DNA from: Camelus dromedarius
Lineage: Eukaryota
Direction: 5' to 3'
NCBI RefSeq assembly: GCF_036321535.1
Contig: NC_087472.1
Location: 92,506,001-92,570,000 of the forward strand
Length of the DNA: 64,000 nucleotides
This document shows, piece by piece, positions 39,511 to 53,879 of the stretch. Numbering within the stretch: position 1 is the stretch's first letter; every line of letters begins with the position of its first letter. A model generated the notes under the pieces. The model did not search any database and was not told the origin of the DNA. It saw only the letters and a program-made list of their open reading frames with translations. Both the position numbers and the translations under genes were made by a program.

Positions 39511-41559
39511 TACGCAGTGCAAGTCAATGTAATGGGGGCAAAAGGCAACATTTCAGAAAATTTGTTTTGAAGCAGTTGTCCAAATGACAAAGATAACGTC
39601 CAAATGACAAAGATAACATAGAAAAAGGAACTTGAGACAGTGTTAAAAGCTTTGCTGAATGAAGGCTACCACCAGGAGGCCAGTACACCACAGCAACATG
39701 GAAGAGAAAAGGTGTGAAGAACATTCTGGTGGCAAAGAAATGGAAAGGGAGGTGAATAAACCCTATGCCATTTGAGGACAAGAAAGAACAACAGATGTGT
39801 CTATCATATAGCTTCAGAAGGTAAGGACCATAAAGAACCACCATTTCACAAGTTGAAAATTTTTAAGTATTCCCTATTTATAAAGAATTGACTTAACTTT
39901 CTATACATGACCTTCTTGCTACCCATGCTAGCAGGTACAAAGAATGAATCATGTGTTATTTCTTTTAGCAAGTTTGGCACAGTGATTTTCCTTCATATTA
40001 AGGAACAAAAGCTCATTCAGAATTTCGTAAGTTTAGACCTGAAAAAACTCTTTTATTTTATCCTTATTATAAAATTATACATTTAATTATATTCTAGCAT
40101 GTCCAAAATGTTTCTATAGTTTGTAAACATATTCTATGTGTCTAGCATTTCTCTGAGTACTAAAAAGTCTTTCACTGGTTTTCATATACTTACAATATTG
40201 GTTTGTGAGCTTACTTTACTTAAATTTGGAAATTTTACATTATGTCTGGGAGTTTGTACTTTAAAAAAAAAGGTAGACGTTCCCATACCATGAAAAAAGA
40301 CAGTTTCCACAGTGATTAATCAAGATATTTAAAAACATGTTTATATCATTTTCATCTTCCCTTGCCTAATCATTGTACAGTAATAATATACATGCTTGAA
40401 TTCTTAAGTTAGGTTCACAAGAAAAAATATTTTTAAACTGGCTTATTTTTAAATAAAACTATCATTCAAGTGTTTATATTACATATGACTGAAAAACTAA
40501 TTTTTTCATAATCTTAAATTCAAAACTTCAAACAAATTTAGTTTTTTTCAAAATGTTTACTTTCAATAATTGTGTTCATTGCCTTGGCAATGTACATGAC
40601 AGTAAAGAATTTAGAATTATGTAACATCAGTCATGCAGACATATTTATCATGTATACTCAAAAGTAAGCAATTAATCTATAACCACATTTATAAAGAAAA
40701 TGTACATGCTGGGTAAAGCTGATCAAATTAAATATATGTTTTTGTAGTATTGGTACAACTATTTCTAATAAAACTATAAACATGAAGAGAAAATTATTTT
40801 GCCCAAATACATTGGTCATAATTTTGCATGCCCCATGCCATTCATAGGATTAGATTTTATATTGAAATCAGTGATAAATGTTCCTAAGTGATTAATAATG
40901 TATACACTTTCTGATTTCAAAACTACCTAGCTTTTATTGAAAGTCTTAAGCGTAACTTCTTGTGAATGTATTTAAACCTATCTCTAAAATACAGTCCTTC
41001 AATTGAAATCAACTTGACAAACATGTATAGAAATTGCTCCTTTGTAAAAGAAACTTTGCTTAGTACTGAGGGTAACAGCATACATAAGACCACTGTCCAT
41101 GGCATCATGTATTTCACAGTCTAGGAAAGGAACCAGTCAAGACAAACTGTTCAAGGCAGAGAGTGCAGCAGAAGAACAGGCAAAAAGCTGAGAGCACAGA
41201 GAAAGGTAGAGACCATTCTGACTTGAGGAACTGGGGCATCTAAGCGGAAAAAAAAACCCCATTGAATTTTCAATGATGAGAAGGGGGAAGAGGGACTCTA
41301 TCAGTAGCACATGCTGAATAATTGTGATATAGAGTAGACTTATAATGAGGACAAATGTTATTTAAAAATGAGTATTTCAAACTTTCTTCCATATCCTTAA
41401 CTTTGACAGAGAAGAGCTTTGCTGGTAGCATCAGCTTCTGAGCCTTCCTTTATTGTAAAAAAAGAAAACAAAACAAAATTAAAAACTGAGTAATGAGTGA
41501 AGAAGATAAAATACTAAAGAAAACAAATTGGTTAAGTTTATTTACAACTAAAATGTTGA

Positions 41560-41871
41560 GGTGGGTAGAGTAGAAAAATAAAGCAAGGACTGCAGAGTTT
41601 CAGAGAGTGGGGAGAGTTGCTGTGGAAGAGAGAATGGAGACTGTCCTTTCAAACAATAGAGGACCCAGGAGAGACATATGGTGGGTAAGAATATGTAAGA
41701 TGTAAGCTGTGAACTAGGAATAGTTCCTCCTACCACCTTGGTGTTTCATTGTGAGATAGATTAAATAATTTTGAAATACTTTTATTTACTCTTTGGATGT
41801 TAGACTGTTTCCTTGAACTTGATACCATTCGAGCATGGGCCTCATGAAGCCTGGTGAATATCTGGGTTACA
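41560..41871 (+). mobile_element. Possible ancient LTR fragment
   Basis: Ends gggcctcatgaagcctggtgaatatctgggttaca, an LTR-like CA terminus; family not assigned. Confidence 0.3.
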
Positions 41872-41879
41872 AAGATTGG

Positions 41880-42240
41880 AGGGGCTGCAAAGGCGAGTGA
41901 AAGAAAAAAGGATGAACATGTATGTGTGGGACCGACTGTACAATTCTAAATGCCATTTCAAGAAGCTTGTATTCTATATGCAGTGGGAAATCATGAAAAA
42001 TGCTTACACAGTAGTAATCATATGACCAGATAGGTGTTTTAAAAGAGAAATCAAGCAGCAGTGTGTAGGGTACTACAGGAATAACAGAGATAATAGAGGT
42101 AAGGGAGATAAATGTTAGAAATAAAAGGTGATACATTTTAGTGATATAAACAACCGGTTATAGCGACAGGTAAGATTTAGTTGATGTGGGAAAGAGGGAA
42201 ATAAGAAATGACTATTTCAGTCTCTCCAGCTGAGCAGAGT
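41880..42240 (-). mobile_element. L2 LINE fragment
   Basis: tgtattctatatgcagtgggaaatcatgaaaaatgcttacacagtagtaatcatatgaccagataggtgttttaaaagag. Confidence 0.6.
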
Positions 42241-45200
42241 TCATTCTGGATGAACAAATATTACAAAATTATCTTGGGGGAATTATTAGCCATAAATCTA
42301 TGAAAACAGTACTCTGAAAATTGAATATTTGTCCACTAGCTCTCCCTCAATCACATTCAATATTTTATCATAAAGACAATCCAAAGATGCCACCTTATTT
42401 TTTGTAGTATCCCCCAACATGAAAAAGGAGTGAAATCTCACTTTTAAAAATAATAATTAACTAGAAATCTTAATTTCCATTAATAATAGCACATGGGTGT
42501 AGAAAAGAAAATTATAGACAAACTCTAAATCTGGACACAGATTTCAACATATTCATTTCATTCTTTTAAAGTAGAAATAATATTAGCATATAAGTTAACT
42601 ATATGTCCCAGCTTTAATGTTCAGAATTCCTAGCTCTCAAAAGGTAAGGACCTAGCTCATATAGCGTCAGAGAGCACACTCCTTAGAAGGCAGATCTAAC
42701 CCTAGAGTCACTTTTCTTAAACACACACACACACACAATCCCTTCCTACTTCTAACTAGAATAATTCTTATTGCCATGTACTATCTGATATCTCAGCAAG
42801 GCATTAGGTGGTGCCTAGCTCTTTAAAAATATGTCAAACATTCAAGCAATCTGAGGATTTCCAATGACTAACTCATGAGAGTTAGAGTTCTAACCAAACT
42901 CTTTCCCCAACACTTAACAGATCAGCTAAATTGTGGACACGAATATTTTAATCAGAAAAATAGCAGGACAGGAAGTTTGCTGCATAGAGTGCCTTGGTAG
43001 GTAGAAGTGGCCTGGATCAGTCGAATTAGGTAGTTTATGGAAATGTGGGCTAAAAATGTAAAGATCAGCCCCTAAGTCATGGAATGACTTACTTCTGATT
43101 GTTATATTTATTAAAAATAAGTGTGTATGCGTGTGTATTCCTGCTCGAATACGCCTTTGTGAACTCAAGAAATTATAGCTACAATAAAATGTATGATGGT
43201 TCTTAACTACTTAAACTGCCAAATGCTTTTTACTTGCAAACTCCTATCAAGTTTGTAATTACACTGCTTCATGTGCACCTTCCTTCTTCCATTTAAACAA
43301 CGTGAGCTTAGTTTGAATGTGTAATTCTGTAAGGGGGGGGGGTTGAATTATTCTAATGTTTTTGCCTTTGAGATAAAAACAACATCAAGTAACATTTAGA
43401 TGACTTCTAGATTTCCATGAACAAGAAAAATTGCTATCAACAGAGCCACTTGAAACTCAAGGGTATAACGTACTAAAATAGGGAATCAAACACCTTTGTT
43501 TTCCCTGTTAGCTTTTTTAAAGACCATGGATGCTATTGGTACATAAGAAATGTTCATATAATCCTCCCCAATCCATGAGTAGCTGTGCTGAGATTTCATT
43601 TAGACCATTCAAGTGTGTTAACCAGTGTCTTTTGATACTGGTAGCTATTCTGATTAAAGACATAAGCTCAATACTAAAATCTTATTACCAAATTATGTAA
43701 AGGCATCCCAACATCATTCTTTCAACAGAATAATCAAGTTTCTGTATGTTTGATCTTTCAGTTGAAATCCTGTAAGTTCAAGTTCAAAAGCTTCATTGTC
43801 TTTCCCCAAAAATGTGTGTTCAGCAAGCTTCAGGTAATACTCTATTTTCTCAGAGATGTTTTGCTTTGTTTACATTTTTACATTAAGGTCTATAAAAACC
43901 CTATTTTTAGATATAAATGAATCAAATTTCCATTTATAGAAGCAATAGTTTCTTTTATTCTGAACCTGTTTTCTCCTATTTTATATATTTCCATATGTTT
44001 TTACTACAAGTGAAGTTATTGCAGCTAACATTTTGGGTATTGAGGCTGCTCTAAAACATGCAGAAAATTCATTTGGCTCTGGAGTTAATGTATAATAGTT
44101 GTTCTGGCTTCCAGTGGTATAATACACAAGTATATTAACCTGAAAAAATATTTTCCAACATAAAATCTGCAGACTACACACCAACCATGGAGAAAAAGAA
44201 GTCAACCTAACTCCCATTTACATAAAACAGAAAGATGGTAGCCTACCATCACTGGCTTGCACAGAGAAAATTTCCCTGGAGAAATTATTTCAGAAGCAGT
44301 TTCTGCCCTATCCTTTCTCTTCAAACAGTTCCCTAGCATAATCACTGATGTAAATATTTCACTTATCAAAACATTCATGCAAACAGTTTCTCTTTTTCTA
44401 AAGTCCCCAGATTCAGGACTGGCGACTAGTAATATTCCAAGCCCTAAGAGAGTTGAGCAAATCAAAATAATAAAGGAGCGATCCACTGTCTTTTTGACAG
44501 GGACACAAACTATGAGTCAAAGAGAGTCACGTTCCACCTAGAAAGTGGAACAGCTGTAGGAGACATATGGAGCTGCTGTGGAAGAGAAGCTTCCTGGTTC
44601 GTGGAGTGAGACCCTAATCAAAGTGATTGATGCTGGATAAGACACAGAAATTCAGCAGATTCTCTTCTGAGGAGATTCGCTCTGCAGATAAGTACAAAAT
44701 GCTCTAATGAATGGGACAGGCTGTAGTTCGTGGAATGCCCCTAGGATAAATGTTAATTTTACTTGAATGTTATATTACCCACAAATCACTTTCTACTAGT
44801 ACCAAACATAAAACACAAAGAAAAAATGATTTTGAAGGCTGCCATATTCAGAAATATATATATACAGAACTGCAATTCATAATGCTTTCATCCAAATAGG
44901 TATTTCAGTTACAGCTATGACATTTTACCTAGGAATGGTGTGAGTATACTTTCTTTCATATTTTTAACACCTAATATATTTGTCATTTTTCATGAATAGG
45001 ACATGCTTCATAGCCAGACACACTGAGAAAGATAATAATAAATAAGTCCTGATTATATATATATATATTTAATATATATATTGAACCTGATTAAATAATA
45101 TGCAATTGAATCAAAGCTAATTAGAGGAAAGGGCTTTGAAAATCATCAGGTAACACCAAATATTGATTTACAGTGTGTAGTTCAAATATCTGTCTGGCTT

Positions 45201-47627
45201 CTACTCCTGCTTCTAGAAGCTGGCTCTGCTGATACTCTTTACTCTACTCAAATGTAAGCCATTCTGAACTACCCATCCAGCAAGGACCTGCTTAATAAAT
45301 GTGCTTCAAACTATCACAACCCATCCCCAAGACTCTGGGTTGACCATTTCATTAGATTATATTGCTACCCTTGCAATCCATTAGTATAGGTCATCAAAGA
45401 CTACAAAAATATATAAGCCCAGAAGACTTGACTAAACTGCATTAGGTAAAAATAAGTTATAAATCAAAAGAGAAATTGATAAATGTGCTATGTGAATAAC
45501 ATGATGAGATCTTCATTTTAATTTTAATCATTGGATCCTGAACAGATCTCAATAATGTGCCATCAATTTACTTATACATAATAACCAAGAAATAAAATGA
45601 GAATCCTTTGGCGCTTTAATTGTCCTAATATGCACACTGCTGCCAGGATAGAAATTACCCCTAGGTATAATTTTTGGAACTTCAATTAAGGTTTTCTGAT
45701 AAGTAGGGTAACACTTCTTATACTAACATAATCATTTATGTAAATGAATCCTACTTTCCTGAAAGAGTTAATGTGATAATTTCACCCAATTTATTTTAAA
45801 ATGGAAAAAATAACTTTCTACTCATGTGTCTGGCATTGTGAAATACTCTCACAGCCCAAAAATAATGTATTTTTAAGCTTCAAAATGCTTAAACTGTCAT
45901 GACTACTAATGTTTCCCCATGCCTGATAATGAATAATAGGTTCACAAATGAAGATTAGAAAAATTATTTAGTGGAAGTAATGTGTATTTTAATAACAGGT
46001 GGTATAAATAGTTATGCTTCTGTTAATATCAGTGCCCAGCATTACACAAAGAAACAGTGTAAACACCTACATTAAAGATTTAAACAAAATCAGCCCTGTA
46101 TTTTATTGATCTGAAGGGCTGTAGTAACTGCAAGCTATAGAAGAATGCACATGACAATGCACAAATCTCTCTTGTTAATATCACATATGACCCCTCTATA
46201 TAATAGTTACATATAACCCACATGTTAGTGACTAAATGTCTCCCTTTCTGTCAGTCTGTGATTCAAGATCAATTATAAATTGACCCAAATCTTCAATAAT
46301 ATTAATTATGCTCAGCTATGAGCCTGAAAAATATACATAAGAGCAACGACTATTTAGAGACAGGTCAAAATCCCACTTCTAATGAACTTACACCCATATT
46401 GAAGCATCAGTTTCTAAAGACTCTAATATAGTACCCAATATACTAAAGACCTCAGTTAACAGCAAAGAATAACATATAGCTTGTCAGAAGATTTTCTTCC
46501 GGATAAAAAAAAAAAAAAGTCTAGGTCAAATGGCAATATAGCACATTAAAGGATTCTTTGAGACAAAGTTCTTATTTATGTGATCTAAATTAACTCCTTG
46601 AAACACCTAAATTAATTACTCAAGTGAGCTTATTCTAATTTGCCCAAGGTAAATCATTTCATGATTAAAACTATCCCAAAATAGACATGAGGAGTCATAC
46701 ACACGCATCTAAATTAGAACACAAATTTCCAGTAAGTTAAAAAGTCAATCTAATAGCACAATGATTTCTAGGCTATACATTGTGTATATACAAAAATATG
46801 AGTCTTCAAACTTAAAATATGTGTCATGTCAGTTTTATTATTTTTCCAATTTTATTCATATACACAACTTTTAAAAAACCATCCTCTTATAAATTTTAGT
46901 TGCTTTGAAAACAGTGAAAAAAGTGGAAATTTTATTTTGCTGCTCAAAATAGTCATTGGCATATCTTTGTTTTCTCACTCGTCCAGGCCATGTTTTCTTT
47001 CTCCTATTGAATGAAATGACTATTTTTAGCATTGCACAGTCAATATTATATTGTGAAAGAATGTCAGTATCAATTTAATACCATTAAATGTTTTTGCAAG
47101 TTCTACTAATATGCATTTGACAATGATAATTGAAGCAAGTAACAGGAACATAGCTACATTTTCAGTTCTAAATTTGCATTACATCCATGATAATGTGAAC
47201 TATAGTCTTTGACAGAGAAAACACGTTCCAGAAGATACTGAATTATATAGATAGTATTATACACTGTGATCTAGACTATAGTTAAGGCTTTAGAAGTGAA
47301 AAAAACAAGATGTGAAAACTAGTAAAATAAATTTTTAAACTGCAGTGAAGAGAATGTTCAATAAGAAAAAAAAAAGATATTAAATCTACAGAAAAAACAA
47401 AACTGAGGAATAGTAATAGTCCTATGTGGTTTCTCAAACACCATATGAGTAAAAATAATTAATGTCTTTCCCTCCTATAGCACTAAATATTTATAGTTAG
47501 GGAATTTGAAAATATGTTTAAAGACTGGATATTAAATGTGTATAAATATAAGCCATGCTGTATACTACTGAAAGTTGGTCTATATATGTATTTGGCCTAG
47601 TCCTATTTAATGACAGTCTGTCTTTAA

Positions 47628-48510
47628 ACAAGTCATTCTTTAAGTATTTATCCATCTCTTACATGTGCCATGTACTGTTCTCCACTTTGGGGATAAGGCA
47701 ATGAAAGGAACAGAAGCATCTCTGCTCTCACGGAGCTTATATTCTAATGGCAGGAGACAGAAAATAAAATAAGGATGTTAGGTAGTGGTAAGTGACATGG
47801 AGACAAAGTATAAGAATGATAGAGAGTGAAGAGTGGATTGGAGGAGGTGGCCTTTTGTTTGAGGTAATCAAGAAGGGTCTCTCTAATGAGGTAGGAACAG
47901 AGACTGTCAAGGAAGTAAGGGAGAATTCCTTGAGGATGGATATCTTAAAGAGGAGCATTTTGGAAAAGGAAAATAGTAATTTCCAAAGTTCTGAGCAGGA
48001 GGGTTACAGTGTGTTGAAACACAGCAAACTGGGTGGTGTGGCTGGTGTGGAGGAAACGAAGAGAAGAGATGATGCTGTCAGCCAGATAAAGGGAGACAGA
48101 ATTTCTATACACAGCATGGAATTTAGAATTTGATCTTAGATGGAGAGACACATGATTTGACTTACATTTTACAAGAATCACTGTGGCTACTTATGGAGAA
48201 CAGAACACAGTTTGCCAAACCTGGACTCAGGCTAGGTAGAAAGTTCTTAAAATAATCCAAGAGAGAGAAGATGGTGGCTTGGACCAGAATACTAGTAACA
48301 GAGATGTGTGAAGTGACAGGATTCTGGACATATTTTGGAGATAAAGCTAACAGGATTTGCTGATTTGGACATGGGATATGGAAGGAAGAGAGGAGTCAAG
48401 AATAACTCCGAGGTTTTAGCTCTGAGTAACTGAGGAAATGGAATAGTCTTCTCTGACACAGAGCAGACTGTAGGAGAAGTAGGTTTAACAGTGAGAAATA
48501 AGGAGTTTCA
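47628..48510 (-). mobile_element. L2a LINE 3' region
   Basis: tatttatccatctcttacatgtgccatgtactgttctccactttggggata...ctctgctctcacggagcttatattctaatgg...ggattctggacatattttggagataaagctaacaggatttgctga. Confidence 0.85.
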
Positions 48511-50094
48511 GCTTATTTTGCAGAGAAGAAAGATAAACATGCTTAATTTGACATAATCTATCAAAAATACAGAATGAAACCCTTGTGAAAGATTAATAAA
48601 GGGACTCGAATCCCACTTAAAATTGGACATACATGTCCTTGTGCTTTATATGGAAGGAACACAGGACAGGTGGCTATACAGTCTCATTCATCTACAGACA
48701 TGGAATCTCAATATCATTTTATACACATGCAATGAGAAATCTGAGCAAAGAAATCATGTTTTCCCCTGCTTGGCACTACTAAGAAAAACCTGAAAATATG
48801 AACTGCTGGACAAGTGTCAGCTCCTCACAACCACTTGCATCCCAGGCCACAGATGTAGCATCGCATGACATCAAGAAGGTGGCAGTTCTGAAAAATCTGA
48901 ATAAAGCCTACATACTGATCCTTCCAAAGTGTTTTTTAACACTTCCAGTATGAAGTCTGACTTTCAAATCTCTGAATGATGACAGGGCTTTGTGATTACA
49001 ACCAGGTAACTTAACATCAGGGAAACTCAGGATTTTAGAGTTGGAAAGCACCAAAAACTCACCAAGTCAATATCCCACCCAGTGAGGACATCTGCTGTGT
49101 GATCCCTAGCCAAACTGCCTTCTAGCTCCCATTTGGGTATTTTCCTGTGGTTTATGAAGTTTACCTTTCAATACCTTAGCTCAAGAGTATCAATAGTCTA
49201 CCAAGAAAAAAACATTCCCTTTGTTACATCCGACAAATATTTTTCCAAGCATTATTGCCTTTTTGAAGAAAATATTATGGTACAATTTTAAATATAAAAT
49301 TCTACAGTAAACACAAAGGACCTAGCATCAAGGAAAGTGCCTTGCCCATATTCAGGAACTCAATCTATGTGAGAGTAGAAACAATGTGGAGCTGATAACA
49401 CCATTTTGGAGTAATTTTTCAGGTTTTCCTCACAAAATGAAATGAACACATCTCATAGCTGTTTTATTTTTCCTCAATTCTTACTTCAGAGAAAGACATC
49501 TGCACTTTTATACACATGCTAACCTGCAAGACATTTTCCAGCTTGAGAGGGAGGGATTTCCACTTAACATCACTGGCATAGAAATTCTGGTATTGCTAAA
49601 TGCCAGAGTATGAGCTTCTAAAGAACATGCATAAGCATATGTACAGACACAGCCTGCTAAAATAACATTTTTGGAAATTTCTTCACTGTTATTTTTTTTT
49701 TTTCATACAGCCTAACTCTGAGAGCCACCTATTCCTAGAAATTCTAAAAAGTTCATTTGGAAAGTGGTCTTCCTTTTTTCATCAGTTCCCAAACTTGCAG
49801 GAATGATCAGAGTATCCATGTTTTCTTCCTCTGTACATGTACTGCTTTGCAGAATTCACAGAGGACTTTCTCCCTAAAAATAAGGCATCTAAACAGAGTA
49901 CCGGCACACTTCCTTTGAGAAGTGAGATAAACAGTGGAATCAACAAAACTTATGATTTCTTATCTCCTTAAGGTTCATAGAATCGTGATTATCCAACTCA
50001 CAAAATTGACAGAGCCCACTTTCTAAAAATAATTGCAACACTAACAGCAAACATGGTCCAGAAACGTAGTAAACCCAAGTACTGTGGTAGATCG

Positions 50095-50210
50095 CCACAT
50101 TAGGTAAGTATGATTATTAGTACTGTTTCACAGATGAGTAATCTAAAGCCAACAAATATTACAGAGATACTATTTATTAAGTCAAGATTCAGATTTATGA
50201 ATTCTGACTC
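50095..50210 (-). mobile_element. MIR fragment
   Basis: ggtaagtatgattattagtactgtttcacagatgagtaatctaaagcc. Confidence 0.55.
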
Positions 50211-50880
50211 AATATAACCTAGTGGTTACGATTTCAGGGTTTATAACCAGACGTTCTGGGTTCAAACCCAGGCCCTCAAATCACTCACCTGTTCTCTGCT
50301 CCAGTCACCTCATCTCTAAAAGAGAATCATAAGAGTGTCATTTTATATGTTGAGAAAAGTGAATGAGTTACCCGTAATCCCAGTCTAACCATGGGAAGAA
50401 TAGCAAGTAAACCTGAATTGAGGGTCATTCTACAAAATACCCAGTGAGTACTCTTCAGAAGTGTCACCGTCATGCAAAACAAGGAAAGACTGAGAAACTG
50501 TCACTGATCAGAGGAGATTAAGGAGAACTAAATGCAATATGGTATCCTGGAACGGATCCTGGAACAGATAAAGACACGAGTGAATAAACTGGTGAAATGC
50601 AAATGAAGGCTAGAATTTAGCTAATAGTAATGTATCAATGTTAACTTCTTACTTTCAACAAATATATCACAGCTGTGTAAGGTGTTAACACTTGGGAAAG
50701 TGGATGGAGGGTATATGAGAATTCTCTGTATTACATTTTCTACTTTAAACAAAAACTAATAAAACTAAAATTAATTGAAAATATAAAAGCTGTTTTTAAA
50801 GTAAATCAGTTAAACTGATTAATACCCATGCGATGGAACAGTGTCAGGCATATAATGATTGCCAAATATCTATTAGCTTG
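50211..50880 (+). mobile_element. MIR split by an L1MC insertion
   Basis: tagtggttacgatttcaggg...ctgggttcaaacccaggc... resumes after ~50812 as gaacagtgtcaggcatataatgattgccaaatatctattagc. Confidence 0.65.
50371..50797 (+). mobile_element. L1MC4/5-type 3' end
   Basis: aaattgagggtcattctacaaaatac-like block, caaggaaagactgagaaactgtcac, actaaatgcaatatggtatcctgga; degenerate TSD AAAGTGAATGAGTTA / AAAGTAAATCAGTTA. Confidence 0.8.
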
Positions 50881-51658
50881 TCATCGTAGTAGTAGTGGCG
50901 GTGGTAGCAGTGATAGTGGTAGTATGTGCTATACCCTGCACCCACAACAGACATTAAGATAAAAATGGTAGAGAAAGGAGACAAGAAAGTAATGACAAAG
51001 GATCACAGGGGTAGGTCAGGCCAGTTTGCTGTCCTGAAATTGAAGGACTGAAGGCCAAACATGTATAGGATGGAAAACAGCTCAAAACTTAGGCTCCTCC
51101 ATCTTCACCGTCCTATCCCACCACATCCTCTTACTTTACCCTTGTTATTCTGATTGCCTGCTGAGATTTGTATTCATACTCTCTTTCACTGCCATTAAAA
51201 CTTAGGGGGAGTGTAAAAATATGTTTGTTTTGGTGGTAGCTAACTGAAAGTCATTACACTAATGTTAGTGAATGTTTTTAATGTTTAAGAATATTTAACT
51301 TTCTGTGTAGAGCAAACTGCTTCGAGTTAGCCTACCACAGGAGAGGCCAATGAGTGCTATGAAAAGTGCCTAAAAAAACATTTGAAAGCTCCGTGGGATA
51401 GATGTTACCTTCTGGAAAGCTGCGGCAACACGTTTTAAGTTTGTAAGTAAGAATCTGAGAAAGTGAACAGATCTTCACACATCCAGAGATTAGAGCTGCA
51501 GTGACAGGTCTTGCAAAGCACACTAGGCTTTAGACAGTCTCCTAAAAGAGTATGTGTCATGAACACCCTATATATTCCACCCTTCCAAAAATAAGGATAT
51601 CCATGTTCAAAGTAAAGAGCATTGAATACACACTATAAAACCAGTTACTGAAGAAATA

Positions 51659-51833
51659 CTGTATTTCATCTAAGACCCAGACCCTTAATCCATTTTAATC
51701 TCTCTGAAATCAAGATATAGTTTACAATGAACAACATCATTGTTTAATTTGGCAGCATTTTTCCTTCCTCTATGGTTCATAAAATAGTGATGCATTTTGA
51801 AATTGATGACATTTTGCATATGAAAAAAACTGG
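51659..51833. mobile_element. MER104-like TcMar-Tc2 MITE
   Basis: tactgtatttcatctaag...cattttaatctctctgaaatcaagat...tttaatttggcagcattttttccttcctctatggttcataaaatagtgatgc. Confidence 0.65.
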
Positions 51834-52799
51834 TGACCAATTCTTTATGGTTTTCATATGCAAGTTGGTACTATCATATTTAGCACTAACACAGAATCAC
51901 TCAGGAGAAAACAAATGATGCAAATTACACTTGTGAATGACTTCCACTTTTGTCTTACACATAGGATTGGCATCCGTCCCTCATTTTCCTCTCTGAATAC
52001 TAACAGAGCAGCAGAGTTGGATTTGGTAAGATATTACATAGAATATTCAAGAAATACTATGAACACTCTATTTTCTTAAACAAGAGGCTAAGTGGTGGTT
52101 AGATAGTAAATAAAAGATCTGTATGCTAAAATTGGAATCACATTGAGAAGCATATGTAAAAGCCTGGGAAAGACTCCCTGAGCACCAGGACACTAATATT
52201 CAACATCTGATACCTACACTTGGAGATTTGGGGTGATTATCATTGAAATAAATCATTGAGGAGTGGAAGTTTTGGCATGGGATGCTAACAAAACATTTGG
52301 CCAGTAATTCTACCACCTTTATGCAAAAAAATAAAAACTCTATTTATTAGTAGGATGGTGGTTTTGATTCAAACTAAAAAATTTAGCTTGGACGGCCTAC
52401 TTCATTTGGTTCCATGTAGTAAGCTAAACTACATCACTCACTTCATTCATTAATTCATTTCTTCTTTCATATACTGAGACACTAATATGAGACAAGCCCA
52501 TTAATAAGTAACAGAGGCTGATGACACACACACATTCATATAAAAATTGCACAAGCCCTTCCCTTACAGAAAATACAATTTTCTGAAGGAATGGGGTAGG
52601 GAAGGGACTGAGGATTGAATGGGAAAATATGATACATAAATAATTCCAACACAAGAGTAGAATATGATAAAAATGAACAAAGATGTAGGGCATATTATGT
52701 AAGAGATTAGAGGAGGAAAAATAAAAAAGGATGGCCAGTTCAGTAAAGGGAAAAAGTTTTAAGAAAAAGGTTACATTTGTATTGAAAAGGTTAAATTTA

Positions 52800-53242
52800 T
52801 TTATTTTATTTTCATTGAAGTACAGTCAGTTACAATGTGTCAATTTCTGGTATATAGCACAATGTCCCAGTCATGCATATACATATATATATTCATTTTC
52901 ATTTTTTTATTAAAGGTTATTACAAGATATTGAGCATTGTTCTGTGTGCTATACAGCAGAAACTTTTTTCTTTTTAAATCTATTTTTATATATAGTAGCT
53001 AACATTTGTAAATATCAAACTCCCAAATTTATCCATTCTCACCCCCTTTCCATGGTAACGATTAGATTGTTTAGTAAGTCTGAGAGTCTGTGTTTTCTGT
53101 TTTGTAGATGAGTTCATAGTGTCCTTTTTTTTTTTTTCCCAGATTCCACATATGAGTGGTATCATACGGTATTTTTCTTTCTCTTTCTGGCTTATTCACT
53201 TAGAATGATGATCTCAAGGTCCATCCATGTTGCTGCAAATGG
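52800..53242 (-). mobile_element. 5'-truncated L1 3' end with a perfect 16-bp TSD
   Basis: TSD GAAAAGGTTAAATTTA at 52784-52799 and 53243-53258; reverse L1 3'UTR agattccacatatgagtggtatcatacggtatttttctttctctttctggcttattcacttagaatgatg. Confidence 0.92.
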
Positions 53243-53879
53243 GAAAAGGTTAAATTTAAAAGCAGATGTCTTCATTAAACATGATTCATGCTCAATGGTC
53301 ACAAGCAGTGTTAGGTGTTCACTATTCACTGTTCACATTCTGTCTAGTTCAAGAAGTGTTAGCTAATTTGAGCCTTATTCCTAAATTCCTCCTTCCCAAC
53401 AGAGCCTGTGAGCAACAAATGTCCTTGCCATTTGGAAAATTCAGGTAATAAATGCATCTAACTCTCAAGTGGTTCATCTTAACAGATCGAGAGCAAATGA
53501 GAGGTTTTCATCCATGGCCACATTTGACAATGTGCTATCTGTGTGGTAACACTGCTATAGATTGTTAGTGTACATTTTTAGTCATAAGTATAAGACATGC
53601 CAGTGAATATCTAAAAACCTGTAAAGTCAATTAATTAGAAGTAGTGGCAGTTGTGTGATAGCTTATTGTCATTCTTCAAACAGCTGTGGTTTGGCTTGAA
53701 AGAACTTCACTAAAAGGATTTTTTGTTTTATTTTCCCCTGCCATTTTTCATTAACACATCATGTAGAGACAAGCCTTTACTTAGAAGGTCCCTTTTGATG
53801 GATTAAGAATGTATCTGAGATGAAAGATATTAAGAAAAATATACAACTGGTTTTTATTTTCCATTCAACTACAAGAGGC

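Noticed and set aside
47737..48181. Cluster of overlapping ORFs
   Set aside because: They fall inside the L2a element
51311..51442. Plus-strand AG...GTAAGT exon-like segment
   Set aside because: All three frames contain stops and there is no other support
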